Assembly: GCA_011364965.1 (NCBI GenBank)
Contig: RDOB01000008.1
Coordinates: 1 to 24,000, forward strand
DNA length: 24,000 nt
Reading direction: 5' to 3'
Source of the DNA: Candidatus Heimdallarchaeota archaeon
Lineage (GTDB): Archaea; Asgardarchaeota; Heimdallarchaeia; Hodarchaeales; Hodarchaeaceae
The notes below the pieces were generated by a model. It searched no databases, was not told where the DNA came from, and saw only the letters and a list, made by a program, of their open reading frames with translations. Of the stretch, positions 1 through 7,569 are shown piece after piece. The first letter of the stretch is position 1, and every line of letters begins with the position of its first letter. The position numbers and the translations under genes are program-made.

Positions 1-99
1 ATTCCTTCTCACTTCGTGGCATTGGGCGATTTTTCAAGGATGTAATGCGTTTTCGAGGAGGTGATACGAAGAACTGCATAATTTGGAGACGAAACTAAA

Positions 100-249
100 A
101 TGCAAGTAGTAGAAAAAAAAGTAGATAGAAAGGAAGAATCGTTAAAAAAGAATCCCGCAATCGTAAAAAAGCTAGAACACCAATTGGAAGAGAATATTAA
201 TCTGCTTAAGCTTGTGAGGGAAATTATTATTGCTGAAGACAGAGCTTAG
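100..249 (+). CDS. hypothetical small Lys/Glu-rich protein (49 aa), coiled-coil-like
   Basis: ATG at 100 and TAG at 247-249, translating to MQVVEKKVDRKEESLKKNPAIVKKLEHQLEENINLLKLVREIIIAEDRA. Only a weak GGAG lies about 11 nt upstream. It is below the ORF-track size cutoff and overlaps the TTG start of the recombinase gene. No recognisable motif. Confidence 0.2.
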   Translation: MQVVEKKVDRKEESLKKNPAIVKKLEHQLEENINLLKLVREIIIAEDRA

Positions 250-1219
250 AACTCACATTGAAGCTTATCTAGCTGAAGGAGATTACTCTCAATCTTCCCA
301 ATATACACGAAGATATTTATTACTCAGATTCATAGATCATGAGTTTTCTTTGGAAAAAGACTCAGTTATTCTGAAAAATTTATTCCTGGAGAAGTTCAAC
401 TATCTCCAAGGAGCTTCCTTTAACTTTGCGAGAGCCACAATTAAGACCTTTTTTGATTATTTAATTCAAAATAGGCTTTATTTAGATGAAAATCCGATTT
501 TATTGGTTAAAGTGAAAAAACGAGCGAAAAAAACCGTAGATCCATTTACTTCTCAAGAAATTGAAGCCATTCTAAATCGATCCCCTCGGTCTGATAGATT
601 TATGTATGAGCTCTTTTTGAATACTGGAGTTAGACTTGATGAATTAACCAATCTGAAGTTTAAAGACTTTAACTCGGAAAGAAAGGTTCTTCATGTTCGA
701 GCTCGAAGCTTGGGAGGAGGAGCGAAAGGAGATAAGAGTAGAGATATTCCTCTTCCTGATCTATTATTGAAAAAATATGAGGCTTACCTAGCAGATTATC
801 GTTTAAAGAAATTTAGCGCTTTAAATTATGTATTTGTGAATCATGGAGGGAATAAACTTCCTAATTCAACGATTCAAAGCAGATTAAAAAGACTCACTAA
901 AAAATTAGGCTTTCGAATTCACGCGCATAAATTTAGAGCCACTTATGCAACTAATCTTCATAAATCGGGAGTTTCTATCTATACTATCTCCCTACTTATG
1001 GGACACGAAAAGATAGAGGCTACAATTCGCTATATCGCAGTCTCAGAGGAAGAAAAACGAATCGCTCAACGGAAAGGAACCTATCTTGGAAAGAAAACTG
1101 AAGAAACAAGAGAATTAGAACGAATAAATCGGGAAAAGGAAGACTTGGAGAATCAGATTAACGAATTACTCCGATTAAATCAAAAATTGTTAGAACGAGT
1201 GAGGAGGTTAGACCTGTGA
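230..1219 (+). CDS. tyrosine recombinase/integrase (Xer-like) with C-terminal coiled-coil extension
   Basis: Box I Arg is in NTGVRLDEL. The HxxR is in HAHKFRATYATNL. The GH...Y nucleophile region is LLMGHEKIEATIRYI. About 45 residues after the catalytic Tyr are heptad-like and charged (EETRELERINREKEDLENQINELLRLNQKLLERVRRL). The start is TTG, with GTGAGGGA upstream. Confidence 0.8.
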   Translation: MLKTELRTHIEAYLAEGDYSQSSQYTRRYLLLRFIDHEFSLEKDSVILKNLFLEKFNYLQGASFNFARATIKTFFDYLIQNRLYLDENPILLVKVKKRAKKTVDPFTSQEIEAILNRSPRSDRFMYELFLNTGVRLDELTNLKFKDFNSERKVLHVRARSLGGGAKGDKSRDIPLPDLLLKKYEAYLADYRLKKFSALNYVFVNHGGNKLPNSTIQSRLKRLTKKLGFRIHAHKFRATYATNLHKSGVSIYTISLLMGHEKIEATIRYIAVSEEEKRIAQRKGTYLGKKTEETRELERINREKEDLENQINELLRLNQKLLERVRRLDL

Positions 1220-1342
1220 ACTCCATTTTACTATATTATTATTCTCGCTTAAAAGGAATTTTCGAATATTACTTCTATATTATTGTTCCTTAATTTTAGG
1301 TTTCTGGTATTTTATTCAACAGCTCTTAAAGGAGATTAGACT

Positions 1343-1873
1343 ATGTCTACTCACGATATAGCAACAAAACTTATTCTAATTGGTGATGGAGCAGTAGGAA
1401 AAACATCCCTGTGTGCCCATCTTCGAACTCAGAAGATTTCAGGTAAATATGATTTGACTGTTGGTTTAAATATTGAAGTCTTTGAAACCTACCTTCGAGA
1501 GTTGAGTTCTACTGTGAAGCTAGTTTTATGGGATCTAGCGGGCCAAGAACGATTTGGATGCATTCGTAGTGAATTTTATAATGGAGCAAGAGTCGCTTTA
1601 ATCGTCTTCGATCTTCAAAACCGCGGTTCATTCTTCGATGTACGACATTGGATCCGAGAATTAAAAAGTTATGCCCCTCTAACACCATTCATATTGGTAG
1701 GAAATAAAACAGATGTTAATCTACGTGAAGTATCAAAAGATGAAGCATTTGCTCTTGCAAGTGAGTATCGTGCTCCTTATATAGAAACAAGCGCCCTTCA
1801 TGGACAGAATGTTAATGAAGTTTTTCAATTAGCCACTAGAATTGCATTAAAAGGAACAGCAGTAGCTTATTAA
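1343..1873 (+). CDS. small GTPase, Ras superfamily (Rab-like)
   Basis: All five G boxes are present: G1 GDGAVGKTS, G2 Thr in DLTVG, G3 WDLAGQERF, G4 GNKTD, G5 ETSAL. AAGGAGAT SD lies 6 nt before the ATG. There is no C-terminal Cys prenylation motif; the protein ends GTAVAY. Confidence 0.9.
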   Translation: MSTHDIATKLILIGDGAVGKTSLCAHLRTQKISGKYDLTVGLNIEVFETYLRELSSTVKLVLWDLAGQERFGCIRSEFYNGARVALIVFDLQNRGSFFDVRHWIRELKSYAPLTPFILVGNKTDVNLREVSKDEAFALASEYRAPYIETSALHGQNVNEVFQLATRIALKGTAVAY

Positions 1874-2109
1874 CTTTCTTTAAGGAACATTATTCTCATT
1901 TACATATTTTAAGGATTAGATTGGCATTCACTATGATTCTAAGTGATAGAAGCCTTGGTGAGTATTTATTTTTACTAGTACAATGTTTCTCGAAACGTTC
2001 TAAAATCTAAGTCAGAGTGGGTTCTATCGTCATATTTTGAGCATTAAGAGAATTTTATTCCTTTCAGGCTTCGGTACACTAAAAAGTACTGCAATCAGGT
2101 GAACATTGA

Positions 2110-2730
2110 ATGAAAAAAGTAAATAGATCACAATGGAAATACTTCCTATTTTTAGCGATAGGTTTACTCCTTATTACTACACCTATTGCACAAATTAATG
2201 CTGCTCCACCAGTTCAAGCCTACCAAGTTGCATCACCTCTAACTGTATATCAAGGAGACCAGCTTAATGCAAGTTTATCCATAACACAGGTCTATTTTGA
2301 AGAAATTTATAATGTAACGATTAATACTGCAATTTTAAAAGAGGTTAAATTCTTATTTAGTAATATACCTGCATTAGATGCAGACATTACAAATGAAACA
2401 GACGAGTTTACCTACAACTTCGGAATCTTAGATGTAGATGAGAAAATCCTATTCACTGCAACTTATAATGTGACTTCCTCTGATACAAAAGAAGTTTTTC
2501 TTCCAAGCTTTAATGTTACTTTTCAATTAAGAAATGGGGAAGAACGCTTTGTTGAAACAAACCTTATTCAAATCTTTCTTAGAGGAGAACGAGAAACATC
2601 TGAAACGGAATCATTAAAACCCACTCCCTTCTTTAATATTCCTGCAGATCCATTCTTCTCTATAATTGGATTAACATTGCCTTTATTTGCTTTTGCAATT
2701 TCGCTTGCTTTCATGAGACGACTAAGGTAA
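2110..2730 (+). CDS. secreted, membrane-anchored protein (signal peptide, beta-rich ectodomain, C-terminal TM anchor)
   Basis: The N-terminus MKKVNRSQWKYFLFLAIGLLLITTPIAQINA looks like a signal peptide. Five N-x-S/T sequons are present (NAS, NVT, NET, NVT, NVT). The C-terminus is PADPFFSIIGLTLPLFAFAISLAFMRRLR, a hydrophobic helix with a basic tail. AGGTGA SD precedes the ATG. Confidence 0.6.
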   Translation: MKKVNRSQWKYFLFLAIGLLLITTPIAQINAAPPVQAYQVASPLTVYQGDQLNASLSITQVYFEEIYNVTINTAILKEVKFLFSNIPALDADITNETDEFTYNFGILDVDEKILFTATYNVTSSDTKEVFLPSFNVTFQLRNGEERFVETNLIQIFLRGERETSETESLKPTPFFNIPADPFFSIIGLTLPLFAFAISLAFMRRLR

Positions 2731-2929
2731 TTATGAAAACAGCCTAGTTTGGAAATTTTTAATAAAAAATTCTAAGAATTAGAATTACTTTTTCTAGGGG
2801 AATTTTATCCTTGAATCAACATGTTGCCACTTCTAGGTATTTTTCTTGACTCTTGCAGAATAATTTAAAATAATCCAGATAGATGCTTAATGTAGTGAAA
2901 GGATCTTATCTATTCAGGAGAATTCTTTT

Positions 2930-4348
2930 ATGACGGATTCAACGCGATTTGTACATCCATATTTACCTCAAACGGAAGATCAAATAAAAGATATGTTGGC
3001 AAAGATTGGTGTTTCATCAATAGATGAACTATTTAATAGTATTCCGAAGAAATTAAGGTTTTCTGGGGAGTTAAAATTGCCTAAACCTCACACTGAACAT
3101 CAAACGCTTTCAAGAATTAAAGACATATTGCAAAGAAATAAAACAGTTGATGATTACGATTCATTCCTTGGTGGAGGTATCTATCATCACTCCATTCCAT
3201 CTGCACTACCTGCTTTGATCAATAGGTCTGAATTCATTACCTCCTATACACCTTATGCTCCAGAAATGTCCCAAGGAATGCTTCAAGGATTATGGGAATA
3301 TCAATCCATGATCGCTGAACTTACTCAATTAGAGCTAGTCAATTCTTCTATGTATGATATGGCAACAGCCTTGGGAGAAGCTGCGCTAATGTGCACAAGA
3401 GTTACTAAAAAAGAGATTTTTCTTGTACCTTCGTATCTTCAACCAGAAAGATATCAGACTCTGTTGACTTATACAAAAGGTCCCCAGATAAAAGTAAAAT
3501 GCTATCCGTTTGACCCAATAACTGGGCGAGTTAATATCGAAGAACTGATAAAGATTTTTGATACATACAAAGATAATATTTCAGGTATATATATTGAGAA
3601 CCCCAATTTCTTCGGAGTAATCGAAGAAGAGGTTTCAGAAGTAAGCAAAATAGCTCATAATTGCAATGGGCTTTCAGTGGTAGGTATTGACCCCATCTCA
3701 TTGGGAATTCTGCAATCACCAGGATATTATGGAGCGGATATTGCGATTGGTGAAGGCCAAGGTTTAGGTTTACCAATGAACTTTGGTGGACCTTTATTAG
3801 GGCTTTTCGCTACAAAAAATGATAAACGTTTGGCAAGAGCAATTCCGGGAAGAATTATAGGATTAACTACCGAAAAAAATAGTTCCAATAGAGCTTTCAC
3901 AATGACTTTACAAACCCGAGAACAGCATATTAGGAGGGAAAAAGCTACATCGAATATATGTACTAATAATGCTCTCTGCGCCTTAGCATCGAATATTTTT
4001 CTTAGTTTAATTGGACCCAACGGATTAAAAAATATTGCAGAAAGCTCAATGGCCCGTGCAGCATATCTAGCTGAAAAACTGAACGATATTGACGGAATTA
4101 AAGCACCAGTTTTCACTAGCCAATTTTTTAAAGAATTTGTATTCCAAATAACAAAAAGACATCATTCAGATAAGTTTGATGAATATCTAATTAAAAATGG
4201 AATTTTGGGGGGGATTTCACTGACCCCGAACTTTCCATCTTTAGCCAATAGTTACCTCGTCTCTGTTACAGAATTAACAAGTTATACTGCAATAAATAAG
4301 TTTGTCAAAATTCTGAAAGACTATTTAAATGGAAAAGGAGGTAATTAA
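2930..4348 (+). CDS. gcvPA: glycine dehydrogenase (decarboxylating) subunit 1, glycine cleavage P protein alpha
   Basis: Family-typical N-terminus (HPYLPQTEDQIKDMLAKIGVSSIDELF) and the TPYAPEMSQGMLQGLWEYQSMIAELT block. It lies immediately upstream of gcvPB. AGGAG SD is present. Confidence 0.93.
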   Translation: MTDSTRFVHPYLPQTEDQIKDMLAKIGVSSIDELFNSIPKKLRFSGELKLPKPHTEHQTLSRIKDILQRNKTVDDYDSFLGGGIYHHSIPSALPALINRSEFITSYTPYAPEMSQGMLQGLWEYQSMIAELTQLELVNSSMYDMATALGEAALMCTRVTKKEIFLVPSYLQPERYQTLLTYTKGPQIKVKCYPFDPITGRVNIEELIKIFDTYKDNISGIYIENPNFFGVIEEEVSEVSKIAHNCNGLSVVGIDPISLGILQSPGYYGADIAIGEGQGLGLPMNFGGPLLGLFATKNDKRLARAIPGRIIGLTTEKNSSNRAFTMTLQTREQHIRREKATSNICTNNALCALASNIFLSLIGPNGLKNIAESSMARAAYLAEKLNDIDGIKAPVFTSQFFKEFVFQITKRHHSDKFDEYLIKNGILGGISLTPNFPSLANSYLVSVTELTSYTAINKFVKILKDYLNGKGGN

Positions 4349-4349
4349 A

Positions 4350-5870
4350 ATGTATAAACAAGCAAATTGGAATAAAGAACTTATTTTTGAGAAATCTAGA
4401 TCAAAAAGAATAGGTTATCAAATAGAAGAACTAACTTCAGAAGACAGAAAACGAGTAGAAAAAGCTCGTACAAATATTTCAAAAACCATTCTAAGAGAAT
4501 CATTACCGAAAATTCCCGAGTTAACTGAACTTGAGGTCATTCGTCACTTCACTAGATTGTCTCAAATGAACTATGGAGTTGATTCTGGTTTTTATCCTCT
4601 CGGTAGTTGCACTATGAAATATAATCCGAAAATTTGTGATGAAGTTGCTTCACTGCCGCAAATACAACACGTACATCCTTATCAACATCCTTCCACCGTT
4701 CAAGGATCACTTCAAATAATGTATGAATTAGCAGAATGGCTTGCGGAATTGTCTGGTATGAGCAAAGTAACATTACAACCCGCAGCAGGAGCTCATGGCG
4801 AATATACTGGAATCATGATTATTCGTGAGTACCATGCAACAAAAGGAAATCTAGATAAAAAAACCGAAATAATTGTCCCTGATAGTGCCCATGGAACTAA
4901 TCCCGCTACAGCCTCGATGTGCGGTTTCAAAATAGTTGTAATTCCTTCACACGAGGATGGTTGCGTAGATTTAAACGCATTACGAGCTGCAGTCTCGGAA
5001 AATACTGCAGGGGTGATGTTGACAAACCCCAGTACACTAGGTATATTTGAACAGAATATTGAAGAAATAATTAGCATTATTCATGCTGTTGATGGATTAG
5101 CCTATTATGATGGAGCAAATTTCAATGCAATCATGGGAAAAGTAAGACCTGGTGATATGGGTTTTGATATTGTGCATTATAATCTCCATAAAACCTTTGC
5201 AACACCACATGGAGGCGGAGGACCTGGTTCGGGCCCAGTAGGAGTTGTAAAGCATTTAGAATCCTATTTACCTGTTCCAACGGTTGGTTACAATCAAGAA
5301 AAAAATCATTATTACTTTGAATATAATCATCCCAATACTATTGGGAAGATAAGAAGTTATTTTGGTAATTTTTCAGTATTAGTTCGTGCTTATGCTTATA
5401 TTCTCAGATTAGGTAATCGAGGATTAGCTGCTGTCTCAGAAATGGCTGTATTAAACGCAAATTATATGAAAAAGCGAAGCCAAGATATCAAAGGATTCTC
5501 TGTTATTTATGGCAAAGATAAACCATGTATGCATGAATATGTACTTTCAGCACGTGATTTATTGAGAGATACTGGGATATCAGGACTGGATGTTTCAAAA
5601 TATCTGATCGACCAAGGATTTCATCCTCCAACAATATATTTTCCATTAATCGTACCTGAAGCATTAATGATAGAACCTACAGAAACAGAAGCAAAAGAGG
5701 TACTTGATGGATTTATCGAGATATTGGAAGAAGTATCTGATATTGCATATTCCGAGGAAAAAAGTAGAATATTGCAAGCTCCAATCAATACTTCTGTGAA
5801 GCGCATTGATGATGTTAAAGCAGCAAGAAATCCAATCTTGAGCTTTAAAATGTTGGAAGAAAAAGAATAG
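4350..5870 (+). CDS. gcvPB: glycine dehydrogenase (decarboxylating) subunit 2, glycine cleavage P protein beta
   Basis: PLP-lysine block YNLHKTFATPHGGGGPG. The start is set at ATG 4350 (MYKQANWN...), which is preceded by GGAGGT at 7 nt and follows directly after the gcvPA stop. The longer track ORF from 4329 overlaps gcvPA and lacks an SD. Confidence 0.93.
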   Translation: MYKQANWNKELIFEKSRSKRIGYQIEELTSEDRKRVEKARTNISKTILRESLPKIPELTELEVIRHFTRLSQMNYGVDSGFYPLGSCTMKYNPKICDEVASLPQIQHVHPYQHPSTVQGSLQIMYELAEWLAELSGMSKVTLQPAAGAHGEYTGIMIIREYHATKGNLDKKTEIIVPDSAHGTNPATASMCGFKIVVIPSHEDGCVDLNALRAAVSENTAGVMLTNPSTLGIFEQNIEEIISIIHAVDGLAYYDGANFNAIMGKVRPGDMGFDIVHYNLHKTFATPHGGGGPGSGPVGVVKHLESYLPVPTVGYNQEKNHYYFEYNHPNTIGKIRSYFGNFSVLVRAYAYILRLGNRGLAAVSEMAVLNANYMKKRSQDIKGFSVIYGKDKPCMHEYVLSARDLLRDTGISGLDVSKYLIDQGFHPPTIYFPLIVPEALMIEPTETEAKEVLDGFIEILEEVSDIAYSEEKSRILQAPINTSVKRIDDVKAARNPILSFKMLEEKE

Positions 5871-5886
5871 TACGTTTTGAGGTTTT

Positions 5887-6537
5887 CTAACTCTCTTTTT
5901 TATTTCCAGAAAGATGGTCTGAAAGGATAATATTAAGAGTTTTAATCAAATCCTTTCTATTCAAAGCTAATGTAATATCTCCACGGGTCTTTTCAGTTAG
6001 ATTTCTAACAAAATCTGTTTTTTTACGTAAATTATAAGTCAATCCATCTGGATAATCAATAGTTACCAATAGAGAATACAGTTCATCCATTAAATCGAAT
6101 GCTGCTAATGTTAACTCGATATCTTTATCCTTTCGTAAAGAATCTAAAACTACACGCCTAAGTTCTCCAGCAAAGTCAGGAATCCCGTGTAAATAAGCAA
6201 GATACGGAACATTTAGGTCTTTATATGAAGGGAATGGTTGTTTCTTTAGAAAAGAGAATAATAGGACTGCTTCGGTATATTCCTGATTCGCGGATAACAC
6301 AGTTCCAAATGGAGTGGGATCTAATTTTTTTGCTAATTGATTCACTCTTGATATTAAATTAAAATTTTCGCGAATTATTCCCTCGGCCTTTTCTAATTCA
6401 TTTCGATGTAAATGACGAATTGCCAGAGAAGAATGCTGAATTGCCTTCCTACTAATGCTTAATAATTCCTCACGCACTTCGTGATCTTTATCTAATTCCT
6501 GACGAATTTCGGTGATATAATCGTTAAAATCATTCAT
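5887..6537 (-). CDS. translin-family (translin/TRAX-like) nucleic-acid-binding protein
   Basis: All-helical 216-aa protein with the family-like central block YLHGIPDFAGELRRVVLDSL and N-terminal helices resembling archaeal translin homologues. The assignment is by motif resemblance only. Confidence 0.6.
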   Translation of the reverse strand: MNDFNDYITEIRQELDKDHEVREELLSISRKAIQHSSLAIRHLHRNELEKAEGIIRENFNLISRVNQLAKKLDPTPFGTVLSANQEYTEAVLLFSFLKKQPFPSYKDLNVPYLAYLHGIPDFAGELRRVVLDSLRKDKDIELTLAAFDLMDELYSLLVTIDYPDGLTYNLRKKTDFVRNLTEKTRGDITLALNRKDLIKTLNIILSDHLSGNKKES

Positions 6538-6582
6538 TTATACCACATCGGTAAATTTAATGTTATTAAATTAAAATGAAAG

Positions 6583-6667
6583 TGCGGGGGGTGAGATTTG
6601 AACTCACGAACGCCTATGCGACTGGATCCTAAGTCCAGCTCCTTTGACCTGGCTGGGAAACCCCCGC
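6583..6667 (-). tRNA. tRNA-Leu (anticodon UAG), class II with long variable arm
   Basis: Reverse complement: GCGGGGG TT TCC..GGA, anticodon arm CTGGA-CTTAGGA-TCCAG, variable arm TCGCATAGGCGTTC, T arm GTGAG-TTCAAAT-CTCAC, acceptor CCCCCGC plus A. CCA is not encoded. Confidence 0.9.
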
Positions 6668-6673
6668 AACTAT

Positions 6674-6955
6674 CTACATATTTAATTTGACACCTACAGC
6701 TTGTCGAACAAGATCGGTCAAAGGATCAGTTCCTTCTTTCTTTATTGGAAGCTCGATGATAACTGGAAATAAATTTTTTGCCATAAATTCAGCTATTTGA
6801 TTATGGTAATGCTGAGCGATGTTTGGGCTTATAATAATGATACTGATATCCTCTCGTAACCAAAGGTTCGAAAGAATTTCAAAAGGATCTTGATCTCCAT
6901 CAATAGGATAAACTTCACCAATACCTGCGAGTTTAAGCCAAGTACATGTTTCCAT
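6674..6955 (-). CDS. atpF: A/V-type ATP synthase subunit F (true start probably upstream at 6979, ATT)
   Basis: LKLAGIGEVY...IIIISPNIAQ...FPVIIELP...LVRQAVGV matches the subunit F pattern. The conserved first strand (IFIVAIGD) is encoded in frame upstream of the first ATG (see finding). Confidence 0.85.
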   Translation of the reverse strand: METCTWLKLAGIGEVYPIDGDQDPFEILSNLWLREDISIIIISPNIAQHYHNQIAEFMAKNLFPVIIELPIKKEGTDPLTDLVRQAVGVKLNM

Positions 6956-6991
6956 GTCTCCGATTGCAACGATGAAAATCCTTTCTCACCA

Positions 6992-7303
6992 CTATTGTAA
7001 GATTGAGTTTACTATAAAATTAATTCCCTTTTCTGTATTTGCTTCTGATTTTTCTTGCAGTTTTAGGATACTCTGCTTTAAATTTTTTTCTAGATCCTTT
7101 AGTTGTTTCTGAAAATCTTTGTCATCATCTAATTGGATTGAATCAATGGTTTCTTCTTCTATATTTTGTGATTCAGCTATTGTTTTCCTAGCAATAGAAC
7201 GCGCATCATCTATAATCCTTCTAGCTTCACTTTGGGCTTCTTCAATAATGGTTTCAGCCTTTTTTTCAGCATTCCTTATGAGATGCAATAAATTACCGGA
7301 CAT
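6992..7303 (-). CDS. atpH: A-type ATP synthase subunit H-like (V-type G-like) peripheral stalk protein
   Basis: About 100 aa and all-helical, with the N-terminal repeat pattern AEKKAETIIEEAQSEARRIIDDARSIARKTIAES typical of subunit H/G. It sits directly upstream of atpF. ATG 7301-7303 is preferred because AGGTG lies 6 nt upstream; the GTG at 7312 overlaps that SD. Confidence 0.55.
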   Translation of the reverse strand: MSGNLLHLIRNAEKKAETIIEEAQSEARRIIDDARSIARKTIAESQNIEEETIDSIQLDDDKDFQKQLKDLEKNLKQSILKLQEKSEANTEKGINFIVNSILQ

Positions 7304-7371
7304 TTTCAGCACCTTTTGTGTTTATTCGGATTATGAAGCGGAAAGGGGTTATGAAAGATCAAGAAAACTAG

Positions 7372-7446
7372 TGGGCCGGGACAGATTCGAACTATCGACC
7401 TTCTGGGTGTAAGCCAGACGTCATAACCGGGCTAGACCACCGGCCC
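7372..7446 (-). tRNA. tRNA-Val (anticodon UAC)
   Basis: Reverse complement: GGGCCGG acceptor, anticodon arm TCTGG-CTTACAC-CCAGA, T arm GATAG-TTCGAAT-CTGTC, 3' CCGGCCC plus A. CCA is not encoded. Confidence 0.9.
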
Positions 7447-7569
7447 TTCAATAGAAAAAGTTCTACGACTGTTTTCCTTGATTTTTCCCCTGATTAACCA
7501 AAGATATAATGATAATTTATAACTTATCTTGGTAATCACCTATACATTGACTAAAACAGGTCGTCTTCC

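Noticed and set aside
55-65. Near-perfect SD sequence GAGGAGGTGAT with no ORF behind it
   Set aside because: No ATG/GTG/TTG lies 4-12 nt downstream, apart from a GTG inside the motif that opens a 6-codon ORF. The nearest real ORF starts 35 nt away. This is probably a chance match, or the tail of an upstream transcript at the window edge.
1-2730. Integrase-containing region as an integrated mobile element or provirus
   Set aside because: There are no flanking direct repeats, no adjacent tRNA target and no phage, plasmid or transposase genes in the visible part. Composition matches the rest of the window. The upstream boundary lies outside the window, so this is unproven rather than excluded.
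2770-2837. TTCTA(A/G)G repeated three times (2770, 2792, 2831), including the inverted pair TTCTAA-gaa-TTAGAA, upstream of gcvPA
   Set aside because: The motifs are short, AT-rich and irregularly spaced. They are within chance expectation for this composition and are not shared with the gcvH upstream region.
3531-4116. Two minus-strand ORFs (81 and 129 aa) inside gcvPA
   Set aside because: They are antisense to a confidently identified, motif-bearing gene. Their translations are low-complexity and not protein-like, which is typical of shadow ORFs.
4329-4349. Longer gcvPB start at 4329 (MEKEVIK...)
   Set aside because: It overlaps the gcvPA 3' end and its codons form the GGAGGT SD for ATG 4350. 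The MYKQANWN start agrees better with the family N-terminus.
4793-5806. Minus-strand ORFs 4793-5077 and 5621-5806 inside gcvPB
   Set aside because: They are antisense shadow ORFs within a conserved enzyme gene and carry no motifs or SD.
7119-7412. 97-aa plus-strand ORF
   Set aside because: It runs antisense through atpH and into the tRNA-Val gene, and the peptide is Ser/Phe-rich and low-complexity.
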